Origin: Acidobacteriota bacterium
GTDB lineage: Bacteria; Acidobacteriota; Terriglobia; Acidiferrales; UBA7541
Direction: 5' to 3'
Assembly (NCBI GenBank): GCA_003224145.1
Contig: QHYN01000203.1
Coordinates: 11,201 to 75,200, forward strand
DNA length: 64,000 bases
The notes under the pieces are model-generated. The model was given only the letters and a program-made list of their open reading frames with translations. It did no database searches and was not told the DNA's origin. Shown here in pieces: positions 18,799 through 27,648 of the stretch. Numbering within the stretch: position 1 is the first letter of the stretch; each line of letters opens with the position of its first letter. Both the position numbers and the translations under genes were made by a program.

Positions 18799-20013
18799 AT
18801 GCCAGATTATAAATATCAGGGAACGAGCCGCTCTGGCTCCAGCGTTAGCGGCGTGATGACCGCTTCGAACAAGACGGAACTGGCGAGCCTTTTGAAACGC
18901 CAGCAAATCACCGCGACCAGAATGACCGAGAAGGGGAAGGAGTTCAATATCCCCACGTTCGGCGGCGGTGTTTCCGCCAAGGAGCTGGCCATCTTCACGC
19001 GCCAGTTCTCGGTCATGATTGACGCCGGTCTGCCGCTCGTCCAGTGTCTTGAGATTCTCGCGAGCCAGCAGGAAAACAAGACCTTTCAGAAGGTCTTGAC
19101 CGGGACGCGGGCCCAGGTCGAAGGGGGCGCGACGCTCTCTACCGCGATGAGAAGCTCGCCAAAAGTGTTTGATGCCTTATACGTGAACATGGTCGAGGCC
19201 GGCGAGACGGGCGGTATTCTAGATACCATTCTGCAGCGCCTTTCTACCTACATCGAAAAGAACGTCAAGCTCAAGCGCGCGGTGAAATCGGCCCTGGTCT
19301 ACCCGGTAGGCGTCTTGACCGTAGCCGCCGGCGTCATCACGCTGCTTCTCTGGAAAGTCGTTCCGATCTTCGCGACGCTGTTTGCGGGCCTCGGTGTGGA
19401 TCTTCCGTTGCCCACGAAAATCGTGATCGCTTTAAGCAACTTCGTTGGGAGCATCTTTGGGTTACTGATTCTGGTTGCCCTGGGCGCCATTCTTTTTGGA
19501 TTGAAAGCCTGGTATGGCACTCCCCAGGGGCGCTACATCTTGGACACGATCGTCCTTAAACTGCCTGTCATCGGTATCTTAATGAGAAAGATCGCTGTCG
19601 CCCGCTTTACTCGAACACTAGGGACGTTGATCTCCAGCGGCGTGCCTATCCTCGAAGGATTGGACATCACCGCCAAGACGTCGGGCAACGCGGTTGTCGA
19701 AAAAGCTCTTCTAAAAGTGAGAAAATCGCTCGAAGAGGGCAAGTCGCTCACGGAACCGCTCAAGGAATGTGATGTTTTTCCGGGCATGGTGACGCAGATG
19801 ATTGCGGTCGGCGAACAGACGGGCGCGATGGATGCCATGTTGCAAAAGATCGCCGATTTCTATGAGGAAGAAGTGGATGCGGCGGTGAAGGATCTGCTCA
19901 CGGCTCTCGAACCCATCATGATCGTTTTTCTCGGCCTGGTGGTCGGTGGCGTGGTTATTTCTATGTACTTGCCGCTGTTCTCACTTATCGGAAAACTGAG
20001 CACGATGCACTAA
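18799..20013 (+). CDS. pilC: Type IV pilus inner-membrane platform protein PilC
   Basis: Two T2SSF repeats ([14 protein letters not shown]; [14 protein letters not shown]); GEQTGAMD; LEPIMIV. Confidence 0.93.
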   Translation: MPDYKYQGTSRSGSSVSGVMTASNKTELASLLKRQQITATRMTEKGKEFNIPTFGGGVSAKELAIFTRQFSVMIDAGLPLVQCLEILASQQENKTFQKVLTGTRAQVEGGATLSTAMRSSPKVFDALYVNMVEAGETGGILDTILQRLSTYIEKNVKLKRAVKSALVYPVGVLTVAAGVITLLLWKVVPIFATLFAGLGVDLPLPTKIVIALSNFVGSIFGLLILVALGAILFGLKAWYGTPQGRYILDTIVLKLPVIGILMRKIAVARFTRTLGTLISSGVPILEGLDITAKTSGNAVVEKALLKVRKSLEEGKSLTEPLKECDVFPGMVTQMIAVGEQTGAMDAMLQKIADFYEEEVDAAVKDLLTALEPIMIVFLGLVVGGVVISMYLPLFSLIGKLSTMH

Positions 20014-20098
20014 TCGGGCTCGCTCCGCAGGTCGACATCCGCTTTGCGCAGGGCAGAGGCGCAGCCTCTGCCCTCTGCTTTCCTGCCTGAACTGGGGA

Positions 20099-21748
20099 AT
20101 GGCCCGAAGCCGGGGGCGAGGGCACAGGCAAACAATGGACCAGAGCTTTGCGACCAGAGCATGGCTGGAATGGCTGACACGTGTCCGTCTTCTGACGATC
20201 ACGCTCATCCTGACCGTTGGGGTCGTGTGGCCGCAATACGTACCCGGCTCAAGTACCAACCGCTTTTTTCTTCCTCTGATCATATTCTGGATCACCCTCG
20301 GAATCCTTCATCTTATTCTGCTTCGATGGGTTCCCCAAGCCAGCTGGCATGGTGGACTGCAAGTAACGGGCGATGTGGTGATGGTCACGCTGCTGGTCTA
20401 CCTGACCGGCTTGCAGGAAAGCTATTTCATTTCGCTTTATCTGCTCGTGATTATTGTTGGAAGTATCGTCTTTTCCCGCGGCCTTGCTTTCCTGAACGCG
20501 GCGATCTGCTTCTCTCTTCTAGCCGCCATGGCCATCCTGGCCTACACCGGCAAACTCCCACGCACCTCCACGAGCCTGCCGGCGGTCGAAAGCCTCCGCA
20601 CCTGGCTGGTCATGAATCTCTTGGGTTTTCTTGCGGTCGCTTATCTGGCCAGCCTGCTGGCCCAATCGCTCCGCAGCAAGGGAATCGAACTCGAGGAGAA
20701 GCGCGAGCAGCTTCTTAGTCTCCAGGATTTCACACAAGATATCATCCATTCGATGCGCGGAGGTTTGATTACCACGGACCTGGAGGGGCGTATCCTGCTG
20801 CTCAACCGTACGGGCGAAGAGATCCTCGGACATCGTTTCACGGAGTTGCGCGGCAAGAAGCTCCAAGAGCTGAACGAGGCCTTCTGGCTCCCCGGTCAGT
20901 ACGCCAATGTCGAGAGGCTTTCCCTGAGAAAGGAGATTGATTTCCGCACCCCTTCGGGAGAAGTGCGTTATTTGGGAATCAGCATTTCGCCCTTGCGATT
21001 GCGAACTGACGAACGCAGCGGATACGTGTTCAATTTTCAGGACCTTACCGAGTTGCGTCGGCTGGAGCAGGAAGTCGCAACGAAGGAGCGCATGGCTGCC
21101 CTGGGCCGCCTTTCAGCGGCGATCGCCCACGAGATACGCCAGCCGTTGACGGCCATGGCTGGCGCCGTCAAGGAGCTGGCGCGCCTCGTGCCGCTCGAAG
21201 ACGATGAGAAGCATCTGGTTCATATTGTCAGCCGGGAATCCGAAAGGCTCAACAATATCATTACGGATTTTTTGAACTACTCGCGGGAGAAAACCTACGA
21301 ATTCCATGAAGCCGACGTTCGCACCCTCCTTGATGAGACCCTGATGCTGGTGGAGAAGAAGCCGGAGGTCGGCTCCAAATACAGGATCGTGCGCACCTTC
21401 AACGGGCGGGAACTGCATGCGCGCGTCGATGCCAACAAAATCAAACAAGTGTTCTGGAATCTCTGCGATAACGCTATGCGCGCTATGCCCAATGGAGGCA
21501 CGCTGACGGTGAAGCTGGAGCAGTATCCATTCTGGCTGCGCATTGCCTTTCGCGATACTGGGATTGGTTTGGATGCCAAACAAAAAGCTAAAATCTTTGA
21601 GCCGCTTCAATCGAGCTTCGAGGGCGGCACCGGGTTGGGGTTGTCCATCGTCTATCAGATCGTTCAGGCTCACAGTGGAAAGATCAGCGTTATCTCAGAA
21701 AAAGACCGCGGCGCTGAATTCATTGTCGAATTGCCGCGAGTTGCGTGA
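20099..21748 (+). CDS. pilS: PilS-like sensor histidine kinase
   Basis: About six N-terminal TM helices, a PAS-like region, H-box [10 protein letters not shown] and GTGLGL; lies between pilC and a sigma54 regulator. Confidence 0.82.
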   Translation: MARSRGRGHRQTMDQSFATRAWLEWLTRVRLLTITLILTVGVVWPQYVPGSSTNRFFLPLIIFWITLGILHLILLRWVPQASWHGGLQVTGDVVMVTLLVYLTGLQESYFISLYLLVIIVGSIVFSRGLAFLNAAICFSLLAAMAILAYTGKLPRTSTSLPAVESLRTWLVMNLLGFLAVAYLASLLAQSLRSKGIELEEKREQLLSLQDFTQDIIHSMRGGLITTDLEGRILLLNRTGEEILGHRFTELRGKKLQELNEAFWLPGQYANVERLSLRKEIDFRTPSGEVRYLGISISPLRLRTDERSGYVFNFQDLTELRRLEQEVATKERMAALGRLSAAIAHEIRQPLTAMAGAVKELARLVPLEDDEKHLVHIVSRESERLNNIITDFLNYSREKTYEFHEADVRTLLDETLMLVEKKPEVGSKYRIVRTFNGRELHARVDANKIKQVFWNLCDNAMRAMPNGGTLTVKLEQYPFWLRIAFRDTGIGLDAKQKAKIFEPLQSSFEGGTGLGLSIVYQIVQAHSGKISVISEKDRGAEFIVELPRVA

Positions 21749-21796
21749 GGCGTTATGCAAGGAACGAAAGCTGCTATCAAGGAAGCGGGACGCGAG

Positions 21797-23179
21797 ATGC
21801 CCAATATCCTTGTCGTCGACGATGAGAAATCGATCGGCGAACTGCTCGAGATCACCTTCCGCAAGGAAGGTCACCGGGTTGAAGTGGTGCCTGGCGCTGA
21901 GGCCGCCAAGCGCAAGCTGGAATCGCAGATCTTTGACATTATTATTTCAGATATCCGTATGCCTGGGGAGAGTGGAGTAGACCTCCTCAAGTTTGCCAAG
22001 GAAATTGCCCCGGGGTCATTCTTCCTTTTAATGACGGCGCTTCCTTCCCTGGACACGGCCATCGCGGCACTTAACTCCGGCGCTGATCGCTACGTCATCA
22101 AGGGAGACTCGTTAGTCGATCAATTGCGCCTCGCTGTGCGTGAAGTTTCTGAAAGCCTGAAATGGAAGAAAGAAGCAGGCTATCTGCGCCGCGAACTCCG
22201 CCGTCTCACTGGGCTCGACAATATCATTGGGCAAAGCCCAAAGATGCGCGCCATTTTCGACCTGATTCAAACCGTCGCTCCGCAGGCGAGCCGGGTGCTG
22301 GTGACCGGCGAGAGCGGGACCGGAAAGGAGCTGGTTGCCCGTGCGATTCACGAAAACAGCCTCCGCGCGCAGGCTCCGTTCATTACCATCAATTGCGGCG
22401 CGTTTCCGGAGACCCTTCTGGAATCCGAGCTTTTTGGGTACATGAAAGGCTCTTTCACTGGCGCCAACGAAAACCGGCAAGGGCTCTTCCAGGCAGCGCA
22501 CGGCGGAACTCTTTTTATGGACGAAATCGGTAACATGAGCCTGACCATGCAGGTAAAGTTGTACCGCGTCCTGCAGGAAGGCAAGGTCCGCCCAATCGGC
22601 AGCACCGAGGAATCGGACGTGGATGTTCGGATTATCGCCGCGACCAACAAGGAATTTGAGAAAGAAATCGCCGAAGGCCGCTTCCGCGAGGACCTCTATT
22701 ACCGCCTCAGCGTAATTCCCATCCACGTTCCGGCACTGCGTGAACGCCGGGAGGACATTCCCCTTTTGGCACGGCATTTCCTAGAACGGTTCCGAAAAAG
22801 CATGGAGAAGCCCATCGAGGGAATTACGCCTGAGACGATGACAAAGCTTGAGGCCTACGAATGGCCAGGGAACGTCCGGGAGCTTGAAAACACAATGGAG
22901 CGCGCCGTGGCTTTGGAAACCGGCAGAGAGATCTCCGTGCGGGTGCTGCCGGACCGGATCGCTGGCTATGCGGCAAGCGGGTCGGGTGCATTGATGGGTA
23001 GCCAAGCAATGGAATTCCCCGAAGAAGGCGTCGATTTTGAAAAAGTGATTGCCACAGCCGAGCGCCAATACCTGCAAGCCGCGCTGGAAAAGGCAGGAGG
23101 CGTCCGGACCAGAGCCGCCGAGCTGCTGAAAATCACGTATCGCTCTTTCCGCCATTTCGCCAAGAAACACGGCCTATAG
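21797..23179 (+). CDS. pilR: PilR-like sigma54-dependent response regulator
   Basis: Receiver domain, GESGTGKE, GSFTGA, WPGNVRELEN and HTH; directly upstream of pilin genes carrying sigma54 promoters. ATG 21797 (MPNILVVDD). Confidence 0.85.
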   Translation: MPNILVVDDEKSIGELLEITFRKEGHRVEVVPGAEAAKRKLESQIFDIIISDIRMPGESGVDLLKFAKEIAPGSFFLLMTALPSLDTAIAALNSGADRYVIKGDSLVDQLRLAVREVSESLKWKKEAGYLRRELRRLTGLDNIIGQSPKMRAIFDLIQTVAPQASRVLVTGESGTGKELVARAIHENSLRAQAPFITINCGAFPETLLESELFGYMKGSFTGANENRQGLFQAAHGGTLFMDEIGNMSLTMQVKLYRVLQEGKVRPIGSTEESDVDVRIIAATNKEFEKEIAEGRFREDLYYRLSVIPIHVPALRERREDIPLLARHFLERFRKSMEKPIEGITPETMTKLEAYEWPGNVRELENTMERAVALETGREISVRVLPDRIAGYAASGSGALMGSQAMEFPEEGVDFEKVIATAERQYLQAALEKAGGVRTRAAELLKITYRSFRHFAKKHGL

Positions 23180-23232
23180 TTATTCAAACCAAAAACCTAT
23201 GAATTTCTAGACCCAAACGGCTAGTACAGAGT

Positions 23233-23281
23233 GACGATTTGTGTTTAGAGTGACAGACAAAAAGTGTCGACTGAAAAGGTC
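23233..23281 (+). promoter_or_regulatory. Putative PilR upstream activator sites for pilin 1
   Basis: GACG-N5-TGTT (23233-23245), GACA-N5-TGTC (23256-23268) and GACT-N5-GGTC (23269-23281). Confidence 0.55.
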
Positions 23282-23397
23282 ACTGGCTCCTTTAGACTGT
23301 TTGGCTATCCGCGAATAATGTCCATAGATCACTATAATCCTTTTACTTTCAGCAGGATACATAAGAATCGGCACATGGTCTTTCCCGTAGATTAAGA

Positions 23398-23414
23398 TTG
23401 GCCTCTCGTATGCT
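23398..23414 (+). promoter_or_regulatory. Sigma54 -24/-12 promoter of pilin 1
   Basis: TTGGCCTCTCGTATGCT: GG at 23400-23401, exactly 10 nt, GC at 23412-23413. Confidence 0.7.
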
Positions 23415-23461
23415 CCCTAGGGAGCCGTGCTCTGGCATCACACAATTCTCAAGGAGATAGC

Positions 23462-23950
23462 ATGAAGAAACAGAAGGGTTTCTCTCTTATCGAGCTCTTG
23501 ATCGTCGTGGCGATCATTTTGATCATCGCGGCCATCGCTATTCCGAACTTGCTCCGGTCCCGTATGGCCGCGAACGAGTCTTCGGCAGTGGGTACGGTCC
23601 GCACGCTGAACACGGCGGAAGTCACCTTCTCAACGACATATCCGGCAGTTGGTTTCGGCGCACTGACCGCTCTGGGCGGTGCTCCGGCCACCTGCACAAC
23701 GACCGCGAGTTCAACCGCTGCGTGCTTGGTTGACAATACCATCTCGCAGGCGCCGAATCAGAAGAGTGGATATACCTTCTCGATTGGGAACTTGCTTGGA
23801 GCGCCGACAGTGGTGCAGTATAGCTCGCTGGCGGTGCCGATTGTTGTTGGACAGAGCGGGCAGCGTGGGTTCTGCTCCGACCAATCCGGCGTCATCCGCT
23901 ATAATGCGGCTGGCACCGGTTGCGCGGTCACCACGGACCCGGCACTTTAA
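23462..23950 (+). CDS. pilA: Type IVa major pilin, copy 1
   Basis: MKKQKG|FSLIELLIVVAII prepilin leader with Glu5; four Cys; AAGGAG ribosome-binding site. Confidence 0.9.
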   Translation: MKKQKGFSLIELLIVVAIILIIAAIAIPNLLRSRMAANESSAVGTVRTLNTAEVTFSTTYPAVGFGALTALGGAPATCTTTASSTAACLVDNTISQAPNQKSGYTFSIGNLLGAPTVVQYSSLAVPIVVGQSGQRGFCSDQSGVIRYNAAGTGCAVTTDPAL

Positions 23951-23991
23951 GGCGTCATCCCTGCGGCTGGTTGTTGGCCGCGCTTGAAAAC

Positions 23992-24023
23992 GAAAAGCAC
24001 GGGATGCGAATCCCGTGCTTTTC
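23992..24023. terminator. Intrinsic (probably bidirectional) terminator after pilin 1
   Basis: Perfect 14-bp stem GAAAAGCACGGGAT / ATCCCGTGCTTTTC with a GCGA loop. Confidence 0.85.
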
Positions 24024-24125
24024 AGTTATAAGGTACTGCACGCAATCTTGGGAGCCTCCGTAGTTGCTGACGAGTTTTGCAGCTGAATGCTTTGCCCCGA
24101 AGTGACCATTTATGCTTTACAAGGC

Positions 24126-24140
24126 TGACAAAAACTGTCA
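24126..24140 (+). promoter_or_regulatory. Putative PilR site for pilin 2
   Basis: Palindromic TGACA-AAAAC-TGTCA about 128 nt upstream of the -24 GG; a weaker GACC-N5-TGCT at 24104-24116. Confidence 0.55.
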
Positions 24141-24264
24141 AACTAAGGCGTATTTGCTTGTGACGGGGAGCAAGGACTCAGCTACTAGTTAATAATTCAG
24201 CGAATAATCTCTTTGTATTGAGTAGGATACAGGATGGTAGAGATGTCACGCCGGAATTCTCACT

Positions 24265-24281
24265 TTGGTCCCTGCTTTGCT
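24265..24281 (+). promoter_or_regulatory. Sigma54 -24/-12 promoter of pilin 2
   Basis: TTGGTCCCTGCTTTGCT: GG at 24267-24268, 10 nt, GC at 24279-24280. Confidence 0.7.
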
Positions 24282-24336
24282 TCCACCACAGTGTGCCTTT
24301 GCAGGTAAAAATTCTCTCAAGGAGTCAGGAGACAGC

Positions 24337-24876
24337 ATGAAGAAACAGAAGGGTTTCTCTCTTATCGAGCTCTTGATCGTCGTGGCGATCATTCTGATCA
24401 TCGCGGCCATCGCTATTCCGAACTTGCTCCGGTCCCGCATGGCCGCGAACGAGTCTTCGGCAGTGGGTACGGTCCGCACGCTGAACACGGCGGAAGTCAC
24501 CTTCTCAACGACATATCCGGCAGTTGGTTTCGGCGCACTGACCGCTCTGGGCGGTGCTCCGGCCACCTGCACAACGACCGCGAGTTCAACCGCCGCGTGC
24601 TTGGTTGACGATACCATCGCGCAGGCGCCGAATCAGAAGAGTGGATATACCTTCTCGATTGGGAACTTGCTTGGAGCGCCGACAGTGGTGCAGTATAGCT
24701 CGCTGGCGGTGCCGATTGTTGTTGGACAGAGCGGGCAGCGTGGGTTCTGCTCCGACCAATCCGGCGTCATCCGCTATAATGCGGCTGGCACCGGTTGCGC
24801 GGTCACCACGGACCCGGCACCTGTAGTTTCGCTCTTCCCTTGGCAATTGAACGGTGACCTAAAATGTCCCCAATAG
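24337..24876 (+). CDS. pilA: Type IVa pilin, copy 2 (near-identical to copy 1, frameshift-extended C-terminus)
   Basis: Five substitutions relative to copy 1 (two nonsynonymous: N/D, S/A). An extra C at ~24820 puts CTG TAG (24821-24826) out of frame. ATG at 24337. Confidence 0.88.
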   Translation: MKKQKGFSLIELLIVVAIILIIAAIAIPNLLRSRMAANESSAVGTVRTLNTAEVTFSTTYPAVGFGALTALGGAPATCTTTASSTAACLVDDTIAQAPNQKSGYTFSIGNLLGAPTVVQYSSLAVPIVVGQSGQRGFCSDQSGVIRYNAAGTGCAVTTDPAPVVSLFPWQLNGDLKCPQ

Positions 24877-24898
24877 GGGTTCAGGGACTATTTCTGTC
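24856..24898 (+). promoter_or_regulatory. Putative PilR sites for pilin 3
   Basis: GACC-N5-TGTC (24856-24868) and GACT-N5-TGTC (24886-24898). Confidence 0.5.
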
Positions 24899-24989
24899 AA
24901 TATGGGTCAGAACACCCATCAACCAGGCCACCATCTTCCTGTAAGTCTATGAATTTAAGCATTTTATCGGCATGTTAGTGCCCGGCGAG

Positions 24990-25006
24990 TTGGCCCGCAA
25001 AATGCT
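24990..25006 (+). promoter_or_regulatory. Sigma54 -24/-12 promoter of pilin 3
   Basis: TTGGCCCGCAAAATGCT: GG at 24992-24993, 10 nt, GC at 25004-25005. Confidence 0.7.
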
Positions 25007-25043
25007 CCATCATTCTGGTGAATTGAGCGCCTGGAGACGACCT

Positions 25044-25520
25044 ATGGGGAGAAAACAAACAGGCTTTTCTCTGATCGAGCTGCTGATCGTGGTGGCGATT
25101 ATCATGATCATCGCCGCGATAGCGTTGCCCAGTCTCTTGAGTGCTCGCATCTCCGCCAACGAGGCTTCCGCAGTGCAGAGCCTTCGCACCATCCAGACAT
25201 CGGAAACGGAATACGCCACGACTTATCCCAACCTTGGCTACTCCGCCACGCTTGCGGATCTCGGCGGGGCGAGTAGTAGTGCATGCGTCCCTTCGCCGAC
25301 ACTGGCCTGCCTGATCGACAACCTTCTGGCCAGCGGTACGAAAAGTGGGTACAACATCACGTGGGCTGGCGACGGCCTTACGCCCTCTGTCAGCTACAAC
25401 CTTAACGCCGACCCCATTGTTCGTGGTACCAGCGGCCGACGGAGTTTTTACACGAATTATCCGGGCGTGATCCGTTACAACGATACGGGTCCGGCAACGG
25501 TAAATGACCCTGCCATCTAG
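25044..25520 (+). CDS. Type IVa pilin, divergent paralogue 3
   Basis: MGRKQTG|FSLIELLIVVAII leader; only two Cys (the C-terminal pair is absent). ATG at 25044. Confidence 0.88.
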   Translation: MGRKQTGFSLIELLIVVAIIMIIAAIALPSLLSARISANEASAVQSLRTIQTSETEYATTYPNLGYSATLADLGGASSSACVPSPTLACLIDNLLASGTKSGYNITWAGDGLTPSVSYNLNADPIVRGTSGRRSFYTNYPGVIRYNDTGPATVNDPAI

Positions 25521-25611
25521 GCCCATCTTACCCAGCTTCTCCAAGGTGTGAGGAACCAGCGCCAGTAGGTTAAGGTTCTATACCACGGCTGGGGCTTGCT
25601 AAACTGTTGGC

Positions 25612-26334
25612 ATGCTCCAGTGCATTCATCCCTACCTCTTTTTGTTTCTGACGATCATTGGTGCCCCCGATGTAAAGGTTCTTGTCAGCCGCTTGGAGGC
25701 GAGGTATCGCTCGGCCAGAACACTGCAAGCTACTTTTCTGGAACGCTACACTGAAAACGGGCGCGTGGTTCGCGTGGAAGCCGGCACGGTCTATTTTCGC
25801 AGGCCTGGCAAGATGCGCTGGGAGTATGACTCCCCGGAGAAGAATCTTTTCCTGGTGGATGGCAAGACCGCCTGGTTCTACGTTCGCGCCGATCGCACCG
25901 TCACGCGTGTTCCGGCGAAGGAGAGTAGCGATTGGCGGACGCCTTTGGCCTTACTGGCCGGAGAGATGAAACTTTCCAGGGTCTGCGAGAAAGTTCAATC
26001 GGCTTTTGACGAGCCTGCGGAATCTTCCGCGGACGCCATGCTCTACTGCGAGTTGAGGGCAGCGGAGGAAAAAATACAGGAACAGGGTGTTGCCGCCGGC
26101 ATGCCGAACGTGACCGCGGCGCGCGATATGGTTTATCTCGAGATTGTTCAGAGCTCCGGAGATCTTGTCCGCATCTTGGTGAAGAATTCCGGAGGAGTGG
26201 GGATTGAATTCCGCTTTGCCGGCTGGCAGTACAATCCACAGGTTGCTGATTCGCTCTTCCATTTCAGCGTTCCTCCGGGCGTGGCCATCGTGAATGGGGA
26301 ATTACCCCCTAATCAGGCAGGGGCAACACCTTGA
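25612..26334 (+). CDS. lolA: Outer-membrane lipoprotein carrier LolA family
   Basis: LQATF, G.VYFRRPGKMRWEY, LFLVDGKTAWFY and FHFSVPPGVAIV motifs. Confidence 0.85.
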   Translation: MLQCIHPYLFLFLTIIGAPDVKVLVSRLEARYRSARTLQATFLERYTENGRVVRVEAGTVYFRRPGKMRWEYDSPEKNLFLVDGKTAWFYVRADRTVTRVPAKESSDWRTPLALLAGEMKLSRVCEKVQSAFDEPAESSADAMLYCELRAAEEKIQEQGVAAGMPNVTAARDMVYLEIVQSSGDLVRILVKNSGGVGIEFRFAGWQYNPQVADSLFHFSVPPGVAIVNGELPPNQAGATP

Positions 26335-26344
26335 GGTTGCAGGC

Positions 26345-26396
26345 AGGCCCGCCCCGTATCTGTGGGGAAACGGCCAACCTCAGAGGCCCGCTACGC
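26345..26396. repeat. REP-like GTAG-hairpin element
   Basis: Minus strand GTAG-CGGGCC... with an internal CCCC/GGGG hairpin; same style as the elements at 43.4 and 44.7 kb. Confidence 0.4.
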
Positions 26397-26427
26397 ATAT
26401 CAGGTAGTTGAGGTAAACTAGAAGATT

Positions 26428-27642
26428 ATGGGAGAATTTGTCTGCCGCGTAGCGGATGCCGAGGGACGTGTCTTTTCCCACGTCGAGCCCGCGAACTCGC
26501 TCGACGAAGCGCGCCAGAAACTAGCGGATCGGGGCTTGTACGTCTACTCGGTGGAAACCCGTGGCGGCCGTCTTGGCGCGTTGGTCCGCCCAAGGTCTGG
26601 GCGGCAGATCACCGGCTCGGAATTCCTCGTTCTCAACCAGCAGTTCAACACACTCATCAAAGCCGGTCTGCCCATCCTGCGGGCCTTGGATCTCCTGGCG
26701 ACGCGCGCCAGTGCTCCCAAACTTCGCCCGGTGATCGCCCAGATCCGGGACCATGTGCGGGAAGGGAAATCGCTCTCGGAGGCGGTCGCGGAATCGGGTT
26801 TGTTTTCCAAAGTCTATTCGACGGCGATCCTTGCGGGAGAAAAAAGCGGGAATCTGCCCGGGGTGTTGGACTATTACATCGCCTATCAGCGCGTGAGCAC
26901 GGGCGTGCGCAAGAAGATTCTCGCCACACTCGTCTATCCCTGTCTGCTGATAACCGTTGCCACCATTATCGTGACCTACTTGGTCACCGGGGTCATTCCG
27001 AAATTTGCGCTTCTGTATCGCGATTTAAACGTGGAACTCCCGGCGCCGACACGCCTGTTGATAGCCCTGACGGTTGACTACCGTTTCGTGTTTTTGGGTG
27101 TCGTGGCCCTGATCGTGGCGACGGCTGCGGGAGTTTTTCTATGGTCACGCACCGAGGGAGGCGGAACAGCTTTCGACCGTTTCAAGTTCCGCCTGCCGAT
27201 CATCGGAGACACGCTTCTCAAATTTCAGGTGGCACAATTCTCGCGCACGCTCGCGACGCTCCTGACCGGGGGCACACCGCTGGTGGCGGGGCTGCAAACG
27301 GCTACCGACGCCATTACCAGCAAACTGTTGCGTTCTACCGTCGCTCAGGCAACCCAGACGGTCCGCGAGGGGCAGTCGCTGCACGTGGCTCTCTCTTCCA
27401 ACGGGGTCATTCCCGAAATGGCGCTGGACATGATTGAAGTCGGCGAATCGAGCGGCGCGCTTTCACCCATGCTCAATAGCGTGGCGGAGTTTTATGAAGA
27501 AGAGGTCAATGTGCGGCTCTCCGCGCTGGTTGCCATCATCGAGCCGGTTTTACTGATCTTCATGGGATTGTTTGTTGCCTTTATTCTCATTTCGCTCTAT
27601 TTGCCCATTTTTTCTTTCTCTCTGAGCGGAGCGACAAGATAA
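26428..27642 (+). CDS. Second T2SSF/PilC-family platform protein
   Basis: QQFNTLIKAGLPIL, FSRTLATLLTGGTPL and GESSGAL...IEPVLLI motifs. Confidence 0.9.
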   Translation: MGEFVCRVADAEGRVFSHVEPANSLDEARQKLADRGLYVYSVETRGGRLGALVRPRSGRQITGSEFLVLNQQFNTLIKAGLPILRALDLLATRASAPKLRPVIAQIRDHVREGKSLSEAVAESGLFSKVYSTAILAGEKSGNLPGVLDYYIAYQRVSTGVRKKILATLVYPCLLITVATIIVTYLVTGVIPKFALLYRDLNVELPAPTRLLIALTVDYRFVFLGVVALIVATAAGVFLWSRTEGGGTAFDRFKFRLPIIGDTLLKFQVAQFSRTLATLLTGGTPLVAGLQTATDAITSKLLRSTVAQATQTVREGQSLHVALSSNGVIPEMALDMIEVGESSGALSPMLNSVAEFYEEEVNVRLSALVAIIEPVLLIFMGLFVAFILISLYLPIFSFSLSGATR

Positions 27643-27648
27643 GGAATT

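Noticed and set aside
23462-24876. Diversity-generating retroelement template/variable repeat pair, or Neisseria-type silent pilin cassette
   Set aside because: Only one of five differences involves an adenine and no reverse transcriptase is present. Both copies keep full leaders, ribosome-binding sites and promoters, so neither is silent.
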